Source: Amphiscolops sp. MND2022
Taxonomy: Eukaryota
NCBI GenBank assembly: GCA_964187785.1
Contig: OZ076409.1
Coordinates: forward strand, 51,090,001-51,154,000
DNA: 64,000 nt
Direction of reading: 5' to 3'
The position numbers were made by a program, and so were the translations under genes. Positions 26,349 through 37,547 of this stretch are shown piece after piece (positions within the stretch are counted from its first letter, which is position 1; every line of letters starts with the position of its first letter). The notes beneath the pieces are model-generated. The model did no database searches. It was not told where the DNA came from and saw nothing but the letters and a program-made list of their open reading frames with translations.

Positions 26349-26790
26349 TTAAAGGAATGCAAGATGAAAGGGTAACCAGCTGTCAGCTACCCACGCTACT
26401 AATCTTTTATGGTCGTATAACTACTCCACTTGAGAGGTTTTCCCAGATGTATTGGCGTCCTTTTGAGGGAATTTGTTCCATTTGAGTGATTTTTTCGGAC
26501 AATGTGGCGTCCCCTGAGGGAAACTTGGTCCACTTGAGCAATTAACTTTCAGGGAGATTAAAAGTGATTGACATGTACTTGAGAGGGAACACTGACGCTA
26601 GTGCGTAATTACTTTTTCCTTTTGTAAGGCTAACTATTCCTTTTATGGTTCAATGACTCATATCTTCCGTATAAGGTTGAACAATTACATAAACAGAGTT
26701 TTCAACCACTTTCAATTCATTATTCATTTCACTTTTCTGCAATCTAGTTGCTTGCTTTCAGATAGAGTCTTGTTACACTTGCTGCTTATA

Positions 26791-26940
26791 ATGCCTGCTC
26801 TTGATCGAAATCTAAAAGTTGCCTGCGTCAATTGTGGTACCAAAGTATCTAAGCAAATCCTGTCAGTACACAAAAAGAGATGCTCCGTTGGGACATTATT
26901 TTGCTCTAAATGTCCCAATTTCTCAACGTCACAACCTTAA
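26791..26940 (+). pseudogene. pPolB-type N-terminal Zn-finger fragment (right copy)
   Basis: Mirror of 16782-16931. Confidence 0.5.
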
Positions 26941-29759
26941 ATTATCAACATTCAGAGAGAAAAAATTGATTGTCATATACTTTAGAGGCAACGCTGACTC
27001 TAGTACGTAATTACTTTTTCCTTTTAAGGTAGGTTTACGCTCCCTTTTATGATAAAGTGACTCATACCTTCCATAAAAGGTAGATTGACAATGATGACTG
27101 AACGTTCCGGCATTTTTTTTTATTATTCTGTTAGCAGCTTAACAATCGAGTTGCTTCCGTAGCGATACAGTTTTGTTGCGATATGTGTCATTTTCATTTT
27201 TTGATATTCAAGAATTAATACGTTGTGCAACTTATGCTTTCAAGAAATGCAATTGCATAAATCTGTTTTGAGTCAACAAGAATTGGGCTTTAAATCCATA
27301 AAATTAACTGTGTACACTTTATTTCAGTGGTTACGGTTAAAAGCGTCCTTATTCGTTGTACAAACGAAAACATCACCCAATTGCAGCATCAGCTGAGGGA
27401 AATTGGAAATCCAGATTCAACTACTGTGTTCAAACAACATGTTTTCACACTGTGCCTTACAATCGTTCCAGGCGGGAGACTTGAACGTGTCAAGACCAAA
27501 TTACGTCTACCACATTTTTCCACACTATACAAAAATTGCAAGTTGTACCGCTTGGCACTTATTGTCCGTGAAGCTACCAGACTAATTGCTCACAATCATG
27601 AGGTTTTCATCCCAGGAGACAAAGAAGATACACTGATTATTTATCACCACCCCAGTCTCTTACGAACCTTGTTACTTGCACTGCACTATCGTATTTGTCA
27701 TCGCAAAGCATACACTTTACTAGTTTGTTAGACTGGAATCAGGATTCTGGTTGTTGTCAGTCACTCTTTAATCCTCAGTTGACGAATCCTAAAACACTTT
27801 TGTTTGAGCTTGGGTTTTGTATGTTACTGTTAACGAACGACTTGTTCAATAATTTATAATTGACTTCTTTGTACGGCGTTTTGGTGTCGGTGACTGACGA
27901 GAAACGAAAAATCGATGCGACTACAGACTAGAGTGTTGTAGCTGAGACAACAATCTTGCTGGTCAACAGATCGTACATTAATAATTTATGGATGGGAGCA
28001 GGCAAGTGACTGAAAGTTTTTCAGTGTGCAACTGTACAAGAGTTAACACTGCGAACACATGCAGTATGCTGAATTGAGAACTATTACTACATTTCCGTCA
28101 ACTATTGTGGTGTTTGTATATTAAAAAAAATCTTGAAACGGACACCAATTCACTATATATTGCCTAAACCGAGAGAGAATTGTGTGATTGTACATGATCC
28201 CAAATGAAAGAACAGTGGTTAACCATGTGAATACTTTCATTGTAAGGACGAGTTTATGACAAATGCCCACTGTCTATTTCTCCGTACTTGCTGAGCGAAA
28301 TAAAAGAAGCATAACAAGCTCGAACCTAGTCTCTGCAAGGCAGAATTTCGCTGCACGGAATTGTTGTGTGGGTGCTGCAAGACGTGTTGTTATGATTCGC
28401 ATTCACTCATTTCAATTTTTGCTGCAACTAATTGAACAAGAGATATATTGAAAGCGGCGGTGGTTGCCCAATTTCCAAATATGGAAGAATTTTGCAAGTG
28501 AAAGTGACGTGACGTCAGTGCTTTGCTCTATTCCTGGCAATATGGGTGTGTACGAACAGACAAGAGTCCTTTTACTACATTTACCCACACCACAATGTAT
28601 TGTTTAAAAAATGAACGTCACTCTCGTCTGATCAACATTCAACATTTCTTTACGTTTTATAGCAGTGGAATTTATTCATTTATACAGTATAATTGCAATT
28701 TTTTCCAATTAAAGATTTTTTTATCACCACAGAGCAGTCAAGTATCTAGCTCAACATATTCTGTTGATAAAATTTCCCACTGGCGGAAAAAACCTTCCAT
28801 ACTATGATCAACATTTGCAAATGTGGGTGGAAACATTCCCCTGGCGCTCACAAAATTGCATTTTACCCAAAGTCTCACAGTGCCGAAAAATGTCCCACTA
28901 TGCCGAAAAACCCTATTACCAATCTTATTACATTGCTGACCTTATTAGCTGTTTTTATTTCTGGTCACTTTTCCCTATCTTTATACTTTGACGGAGCTAT
29001 AGCATATCTTGATATATCAGCAGACACTCGTTTCCATACCTTTATACATTGAGACGAGTCGTCTGCCAATCAGAATCGAGCATGAAAAGCCAGTCGGAAT
29101 TGCGGATTATTTATTCCCGTGGCGGATAAATTTTTGCGGTGGCGGATAAAATATTCCGCAGGCGGATAAAATATTGCGGGGGCGGGTAAAATTATTCCCG
29201 CCGGCGGTCGTGGCCAACAAAATTTCAATTTTTACCCAAAGTCTCACAGTGCCGAAAATGTCGCACAGTGCCGAAAAACCCTATTCCCTACCTTAAAACA
29301 TTACCGAAGCTATTCCCTATCTTTATACATTGAACACATCTTTATACATTGACAATCACTCGGCTCAATACCTTTGAGTCGTCAGAATCGTACACGACTC
29401 GAGTCGTCAGCCAATCAGAATCGAGCACGAAAAACCCAAGACGAGTCGTCAGCCAATCAGAATTGAGCAAAAATTAGCCCAAGCTTGTTAGGGGGTGGAA
29501 GACCCTTCTCGGCTCTCGGCTCGCTATAGCCTATGTTAAAACATGTGGGTCTTCCACCCCCCCCCCCCCCACCTGATCAGCTCGCACATATACTACTCTC
29601 TATTAACAGATATCGCCAGTCATTGAACAAAAAATTATGAAAAACGTTGAAAATGTTTTGGTTTTTTGGCAGTCATCATTACACTTGCAATAAGCAAGTG
29701 TTATGGGAAAGTGCAGGTGCTTTTTTTCCGCGCGACAACTCTCTCGTTTCAGACCGCAA

Positions 29760-30740
29760 GTCGCATAGTCTGAAATTGTGGCCGTGGCAACTTCTGGCAG
29801 TTGGCAACTTCCAGCACTTGTCGCAACTTCTGGCACTTGGCATAGAGGTTAATTAGGATTATTTGAGGTCTGCCAAGCAGAAGGACGTGGGTTCGAGTCT
29901 CGCCCTTGACCAAAATTTTTTGTGCATGTTATTTCGGCTTTATGACTTTTTTTCGCAATTTTTTTTTCATGTCACCAAAGATTCTTCCCTTCATTTTGTT
30001 TTGTATTTTGCAACAGAACGAATGTTAAAAAATCCCAAAGGGTCCCTTCTTTCTGATTTTTTGGCACTATGAGACTGTTGAAAACTCTCATGTTTTGTTT
30101 TTGCAAAATTTTTCAAGTCTCGCTTCAATTTTTTGAAATTTTGCAACAGAATGGATGTTTAAAAAATCTCAAAGTGCCCCCCTTTTACAGTTTTCGGCAT
30201 TGTGAGATTTTTCAAATCGAATAATTTTTGTCTTAAAATTAGGTTTTCTCAGGCCCAGCACGCTAAATCCGATTTTTGTTTTTTTTTAAAGACCGCTGTT
30301 TTTTCTATGCGACTTTTTTTCTAATTTGTTTTCGTCGAAGCCCCCTCAATTTTTACTAGAAACGAAATGTTTTGCGAGCATTAAGCACTGCTCAAGGTTT
30401 TCGGCACTATGCGACTTGCCGGAGACCTTCATCAAAAAAATTTTCGGAAAATTTTGAAAAATTTTTTCCTCAATTTTCTGTTTTTTTTTAAAGGTTTACG
30501 GCTGAGAAAGATGGGTTTTCTGTTGTTTCTAGTTGAAGAATTGTTTTCGAGATTTATGGGTATCCCTATGGGATTTTTTGGCGCTGTAAAATTGATGAAA
30601 TTTTAACAATAATGTCCTTTTACCCTTGACTCTCCGTATAATTTTGCTTATTTGGGTTTCTTCAAAAGTTCGCAACTTTCTTCGCAAGTGTTTGCGAAGC
30701 ACGGCTTCGCCTCTGTGTTGTATTTTCTCAACTAAAAACA
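29760..30740 (+). mobile_element. Dispersed repeat (HINE-like family) with internal tRNA-like B-box
   Basis: GGACGTGGGTTCGAGTCTCGCCCTTGACCAAA (also inverted at ~55641-55700); family motifs TTTTGCAACAGAA and TTTCGGCACTATG; ends not resolved. Confidence 0.5.
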
Positions 30741-31254
30741 AAATTTGTCTGAAAACTTGTTGGATAATGTAGCTTCAATGGATAAGGTAGCTCTTGAAAA
30801 CCTTTCAAAACTACGAAAATAGGGACCGTTTGATCAAGAATAGTCAGTTTGTGTCGTTTTTGGAGCCATTTTAGAGTTTTTATTCAATAAACTTGAGCTT
30901 GCTCGCCAGAAAGCTTTCCAGATAGTTTTTATGCTTCATTTTCGAAATCGGTAACCAGGGTGTTTGATTATCTCGAAACGTTGAAAAAGAATACAGAAAA
31001 TGCCTAAAAACGTGCTAGTTTAGATGTTTTTTTTAGACTAGTTCAGAGTTGACTAGTTGTATGAGCACACTGGATGACTACTTGATACTTTGTGGATTTT
31101 TTTGGATGATCTAATTTCTAAGAGTCCAAAATTTTCACAAAAACAGTCCAAAAACTAAAAACGATCTGAAAATGGAAAAACTCTAAAACTTTCAAATGTT
31201 TTGATTCTTTTTTGAAACTTTCTTCAACAAATCTTCTCACATATTTCTTTAACG

Positions 31255-31660
31255 TCCAAAGTCGGCGCTATACCTAAAGCTCAAAAAACGCGAAGTTCAC
31301 AAAATTGTAAAAAGGGGGACCCTTTCGACTTTTTGAAAATCCAGTTTGTTGCAAAGTATCAAAAAATTTGAAGGGAGAGCCTTTGGCGACAAAAAATCGA
31401 AAAACAAATTCGAACAGTGCCGAAAACAATTCAAAGGGGGACCCTGTAGTCCTGTCCGGTTTTGTATCTTTCGTTAAAAATTGAGTACACGAAAGCGGGA
31501 CCCTTTGCAATAACTTAGATTAATTTCCTCTAGCCGGTCCAGTAGTTTAGTAGTTCTGTAAAAAAAAGTGTCCACTACGCATATATTCTGTTGTCTGACG
31601 AAAAAAAAACTTGCCACTGTAATAGTTGGGCTCATTTTGATAAAATGCGCTGACTAAAAC
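31255..31660 (-). mobile_element. HINE-like element (duplicated at ~35127-35530)
   Basis: AAGTCGGCGCTATACCTAAAGCTC at one end and GCGCTGACTAA at the other, matching family termini. Confidence 0.5.
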
Positions 31661-31929
31661 AGAACTCTGGTTAGTTCATTTCTTCTTCGTGGAACTTTCT
31701 GGACTGAAGTAGAGAGGAAGGCAACAGAACTGTTCGTGGATATTGAGCAACTTAGTTACAACATCTTGATCAAGGCAGAATTTGTTTTTTTTTCAACGTT
31801 TAAACCAGTTTTCTCTAAGTGATGTCTAGGTTGAAATTTGATGCTACCTTTTTGTGGATGACACGCGGTTTTGTTTGTACTGAATTGATTTGTCCATTTT
31901 CGTTATCAATTGTTGTTTTTCAAAACAAC

Positions 31930-34620
31930 TGTAACGGCAAGCAGTCGCCGTTGCTTCTTCGTCCGTGAAGACGGTGGAACCTATGACATGGATATTTGCC
32001 GTGACAGGCGCCCAATAGCTACAAGTCCATTTTGTCTCCCGAAGTTAAACGTGTCCTGTAAAACTCAGAGTCTGAATCTTTAGAGTTTTGAGGGTTGATT
32101 GTTTGCTTTGCAGTTGAGGCTACTAACTTTAACATCCTTTTCTGGTTTTCAGTTAATATTTTCTCCAGGTCTGACATCATTTCCTCATTTCCTGCCTAAG
32201 TGACGTTCTGATCTCATTTAGATTTCCGGTGTGAAGTAGATCTGCTAGATATTTCTGGTGAAGTAGATATTTCCGGTGAAGAAGATATTCTGTATCGGGA
32301 ACTGGATTTTCGAAAGTGTTGTTTCCAAATGGAGAAGTTTCAAATTCACCAGAAGCTGGTTGTTCAACAGCTTTCCTTTTCTGACTTCGGTTTATCATTT
32401 GGTTAGAAAACAGAGCGTTTTCAAAGACTTTTGAATTTTTCGACGGAATCGGTATGATCTGACAACAGAGCAGAAACAACTGAACTTCTATTTTTTTAAA
32501 AAAAAACCTTTTTGTACTTTCCTATCACCATTTGTTTCTCACCTGAAAATTCCTAGATATCGAATTATCAAACTTGTTCCAGACAATTACCGATTGACTC
32601 ATATTATCATATTATTTCAGTCCGACGTCGATAAATCCGCTATGAAAGTTCCTAGTGGCGTCAGCCATTCGTCATACTTGTTGAGAAGATTTCCAATCAG
32701 CTGAGTATACTTCCTGTCTCAGCGTCAGAAGGGCGGCCAAACTGAAAGTGGTTAAAAAATCAACGATGAAAGTACACTAGGCGTGAGAAATTACCCAGCG
32801 AAATACTTAGAAAGCTAGATGGCTTGCAAAACTGATTGCATGACTAACGTGGAGGACAATTGTTTCAAAAAAAAGGCATAATGAACTCTTAGAGGAAAGA
32901 CGACACTAAAAAAAGGGTTACAGAATTAACAATAACTTCACTTAAATTTATCAGTTTAGAAGTTAATTAAATATTCACTTTCATATTTTTTGCGTAAAGC
33001 ATCAACTGCATTTTCTTTCGTAAAAACCACAACAATAATTCACATTGAATAGAAACGAAAATTTTCACGTCCGGTAATACTTTGAATCATCAAATCCTAG
33101 AACAACACCTTAGAACGATAACTAACACAACGACAATCCATGTTTCCGATATACAGCATTAGCGTTATCAGTAATAAAAAGCTTCCAATCTATGGATAGT
33201 GATAACAGTACATTTCAGTTAAATTGATCAATGTTGACCTTCACTGTTCGCTACATATTAATACTAAGGTAGCATGCAGTAAATTATTGGCCAGGATGCG
33301 AGATTTTAGGCTAGAGCTATGTTTAGCTTTTAATTCTGCTTCCCATGATTCACATGGTGTTGTTACTGGCCTAATTAGGTCATCTATCGAAAGTTATTGT
33401 AGGCAGTGCGAAAACTTCAACGGAACAACTCTCAAATACCTTATGAATTGGTTGGAAGAAAAGGCAAATGGAACATTGATGGAAACTTTTAGAAAATGGA
33501 AATCAATTTCATTCTTTGTCTTACAACACAGTCACCTAAAATATTTTGAAAACAAGCAGAACCATTGTACATTTCTCATGAACCTAACTAGAAAAAATAA
33601 GGGAACTTCCAGTTTTTGAAAGTAGCACTCAGGTGGAGCCAAGCCTCCAAATTCGATATAGCGTTGAGGTGTAAGTTAAGATTAGCTGTAGGTAAACACA
33701 GCTTGAGAGAGACCTTCTGTCAAGCCTTGGAAATCATCCCAATGCTCTAACTAGTGTTGTCACCAAAGCCGTTTCTTTTGGTTTGAGCGCAGGTGCATCT
33801 TTCTAATTATGACGTCAGTAGTTTGATTAGCAAGCGAAGGATAGTATTGGATTTGTTATAATTCGCGACAAGAATGTTACAAATATTTGTTTAGATTGAA
33901 TACTTGCAATCATATTAATTTCAATAGTCATCCCACTCAGTCCTATTATGCTATAATTTTACCGTTTGTTTGATTATTTCAGGTCAAATGTTGCCCGCGA
34001 AATTGTGGATGAAGTTGGTTCAGTGTTGCAGGTTGGAAAATATACAGTTGTGTTTTCCTTCCGAACATGTTTTTGTAATGTAATCTTTGGATTTATTTGA
34101 ATGTTAACCTAGAAGAGGACGGGAAAGTTGGATGATTTACGCCGGAAAGTTGATGAAACGATTCACTAAGCAACGTTTTATGTCAAGCTTACAAAAATCT
34201 TTATCGTTTTGAAAAAATGTTCCTCCGGTCTATTTAGCTGGGTTGTAAAACACTTAGCGCTGAGTTAAAATTTTCCGAGTTTGCCTTGCCCGAGCCCTGC
34301 TACTCTTGGATGTATTCTGTGTTGGCAGTATGTACACAAGTCGGGAGCGGACTGTGGCATCAGGCAATTACAACAATCAGTCTTTGCGAGACTAGCTTTT
34401 AACTAATTGGATCTTCGCACGAACTTCACGTTTTTGCCAACTGATTTTTCGTGTTCTGCTCCGTAATGATAGCGATTCTTGTCCTCTACGATTCGCGGAA
34501 CAGGTCTTTGAGCACTCTTTGCGGAGTATGACCAATACTTGTAGTTCCTCTGATTCGATTTATTTTTTGAGTCATGTCTCAAATTTTGATGACTTGATGA
34601 TGTGACAGGGGATTGTTACA
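31930..34620 (-). mobile_element. LTR (probably 3' LTR) of a gypsy family related to the 40189-55476 element
   Basis: TGTAAC...GTTACA ends; purine tract GGGGAGGAG just upstream on the minus strand; contains the homologous gag start MINRSQKRKAV..SGEFETS and the shared motif CTAGGAATTTT(C/T)AGGTGAG. Confidence 0.6.
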
Positions 34621-34808
34621 AACTCCTCCCCGAGGTCTTTGCTGTCTGTCTTTGACCAATTATACCAAATATTATTAAAAACCATTATACTGCAATTGTT
34701 TCCGTTCTTTCTTGAGCGGGGTAAAATAAAACCTCTTTCCGGTCTCCTGACACGTTTTGAGACCGGAGGCGGTCGTGATTTTGAAACTGTGATTAGGTAA
34801 AAGTTCGT

Positions 34809-37490
34809 CCAGGGTGTTTGATTATCTCGAAACGTTGAAAAAGATTACAGAGAATGCCTAAAAACGTACTTTCTAGTTTTTTTGTGCTGGTTTAGATGTT
34901 TTTTTTAGACTAGTTCAGAGTTGACTAGTTGTATGAGCACACTGGATGACTACTTGATATTTTGTGGATTTTTTTGGATGATCTAATTTCTAAGAGTCCA
35001 AAATTTTCACAAAAACAGTCCAAAAACTAAAAACGATCTGAAAATGGAAAAACTCTAAAACTTTCAAATGTTTTGATTCTTTTTTGAAACTTTCTTCAAC
35101 AAATCTTCTCACATATTTCTTTAACGTCCAAAGTCGGCGCTATACCTAAAGCTCAAAAAACGCGAAGTTTACAAAATTGTAAAAAGGGGGACCCTTTCGA
35201 CTTTTTGAAAATCCAGTTTGTTGCAAAGTATCAAAAAATTTGAAGGGAGAGCCTTTGGCGACAAAAAATCGAAAAACAAATTCGAACAGTGCCGAAAACA
35301 ATTCAAAGGGGGACCCTGTAGTCCTGTCCGGTTTTGTATCTTTCGTTAAAAATTGAGTACACGAAAGCGGGACCCTTTGCAATAACTTAGATTAATTTCC
35401 TCTAGCCGGTCCAGTAGTTTAGTAGTTCTGTAAAAAAAAGTGTCCACTACGCATATATTCTGTTGTCTGACGAAAAAAAAACTTGCCACTGTAATAGTTG
35501 GGCTCATTTTGATAAAATGCGCTGACTAAAACAGAACTCTGGTTAGTTCATTTCTTCTTCGTGGAACTTTCTGGACTGAAGTAGAGAGGAAGGTAACAGA
35601 ACTGTTCGTGGATATTGAGCAACTTAGTTACAACATCTTGATCAAGGCAGAATTTGTTTTTTTTCAACGTTTACACCAGTTTTCTCTAAGTGATGTCTAG
35701 GTTGAAATTTGATGCTACCTTTTTGTGGATGACACGCGGTTTTGTTTGTACTGAATTGATTTGTCCATTTTCGTTATCAATTGTTGTTTTTCAAAACAAC
35801 TGTAACGGCAAGCAGTCGCCGTTGCTTCTTCGTCCGTGAAGACGGTGGAACCTATGACATGGATATTTGCCGTGACAGGCGCCCAATAGCTACAAGTCCA
35901 TTTTGTCTCCCGCAGTTAAACGTGTCCTGTAAAACTCAGAGTCTGAATCTTTAGAGTTTTGAGGGTTGATTGTTTGCTTTGCAGTTGAGGCTACTAACTT
36001 TAACATCCTTTTCTGGTTTTCAGTTAGTATTTTCTCCAGGTCTGACATCATTTCCTCATTTCCTGCCTAAGTGACGTTCTGATCTCATTTAGATTTCCGG
36101 TGTGAAGTAGATCTGCTAGATATTTCTGGTGAAGTAGATATTTCCGGTGAAGAAGATATTCTGTATCGGGAACTGGATTTTCGAAAGTGTTGTTTCCAAA
36201 TGGAGAAGTTTCAAATTCACCAGAAGCTGGTTGTTCAACAGCTTTCCTTTTCTGACTTCGGTTTATCATTTGGTTAGAAAACAGAGCGTTTTCAAAGACT
36301 TTTGAAGTTTTCGACGGAATCGGGATGATCTGACAACAGAGCAGAAACAACTGAACTTCTATTTTTTATTAAAAAAAACTTTTTGTACATTCCTATCACC
36401 ATTTGTTTCTCACCTGAAAATTCCTAGATATCGAATTATCAAACTTGTTCCAAACAATTACCGATTGACTCATATTATCATCTTATTTCAGTCCGACGTC
36501 GATAAATCCGCTATGAAAGCTATGAAAGCTAGGTAAACACAGCTTGAGAGAGACCTTCTGTCAAGCTTTGGAAATCATCCCAATGCTCTAACTAGTGTTG
36601 TCACCAAAGCCGTTTCTTTTGGTTTGAGCGCAGGTGCATCTTTCTAATTATGACGTCAGTAGTTTGATTAGCAAGCGAAGGATAGTATTGGATTTGTTAT
36701 AATTCGCGACAAGAATGTTACAAATATTTGTTTAGATTGAATACTTGCAATCATATTAATTTCAATAGTCATCCCACTCAGTCCTATTATGCTATAATTT
36801 TACCGTTTGTTTGATTATTTCAGGTCAAATGTTGCCCGCGAAATTGTGGATGAAGTTGGTTCAGTGTTGCAGGTTGGAAAATATACAGTTGTGTTTTCCT
36901 TCCGAACATGTTTTTGTAATGTAATCTGTGGATTTATTTGAATGTTAACCTAGAAGAGGACGGGAAAGTTGGATGATTTACGCCGGAAAGTTGATGAAAC
37001 GTTTCACTAAGCAACGTTTTATGTCAAGCTTACAACAATCGTTTATCGTTTTGAAAAAATGTTCCTCCGGTCTATTTAGCTGGGTTGTAAAAAACTTGGC
37101 GCTGAGTTAAAATTTTCCGAGTTTGCCTTGCCCGAGTCCTGCTACTCTTGGATGTATTCTGTGTTGGCAGTATGTACATAAGTCGGGAGCGGACTGTGGC
37201 ATCAGGCAATTACAACAATCAGTCTTTGCGAGACTAGCTTTTAACTAATTGGATCTTCGCACGAACTTCACGTTTTTGCCGACTGATTTTTCGTGTTCTC
37301 CTCCGTAATGATAGCGATTCTTGTCCTCTACGATTCGCGGAACAGGTCTTTGAGCACACTTTGCGGAGTATGACCAATGTTTGTAGTTCCTCTGATTCGA
37401 TTGATTTTTTTAGTCATGTCTCAAATTTTGATGACTTGATGATGTGACAGGGGATTGTTACAAACTCCTCCCCGAGGTCTTTGCAGTCTG
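34809..37490. repeat. Tandem segmental duplication, copy B (lacks ~1.04 kb equivalent to ~32650-33687)
   Basis: Direct alignment by eye; deletion junction at ~36511-36531. Confidence 0.92.
35801..37462 (-). mobile_element. Duplicated, internally deleted copy of the same LTR
   Basis: Same termini within duplication copy B. Confidence 0.6.
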
Positions 37491-37547
37491 GTTTTTGCTG
37501 TCTGGTCTTTGCTGTCTTTGCCGAGGTCTTTGCTGTGTCATATATCA

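Larger units (their letters stand above)
14452..29597. mobile_element. Maverick/Polinton-derived non-autonomous element, fully palindromic (fold-back), ~15 kb
   Basis: Termini AGTAGTATATGTGCGAGC...GCTCGCACATATACTACT; 6-bp TSD CTCTAT at 14446-14451 and 29598-29603; pPolB-like fragments and a Maverick-type accessory ORF inside. Confidence 0.85.
22156..29597. repeat. Right arm of giant inverted repeat (7442 bp, includes an extra 321 bp at 27877-28197)
   Basis: Mirror of 14452-21566; paired-coordinate sums shift from 43722 to 44043 across the indel. Confidence 0.97.
30955..34650. repeat. Tandem segmental duplication, copy A
   Basis: Starts CCAGGGTGTTTGATTATCTCG, repeated at 34809; near-identical ORFs (31274/35146, 32177/36048). 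Confidence 0.92.
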
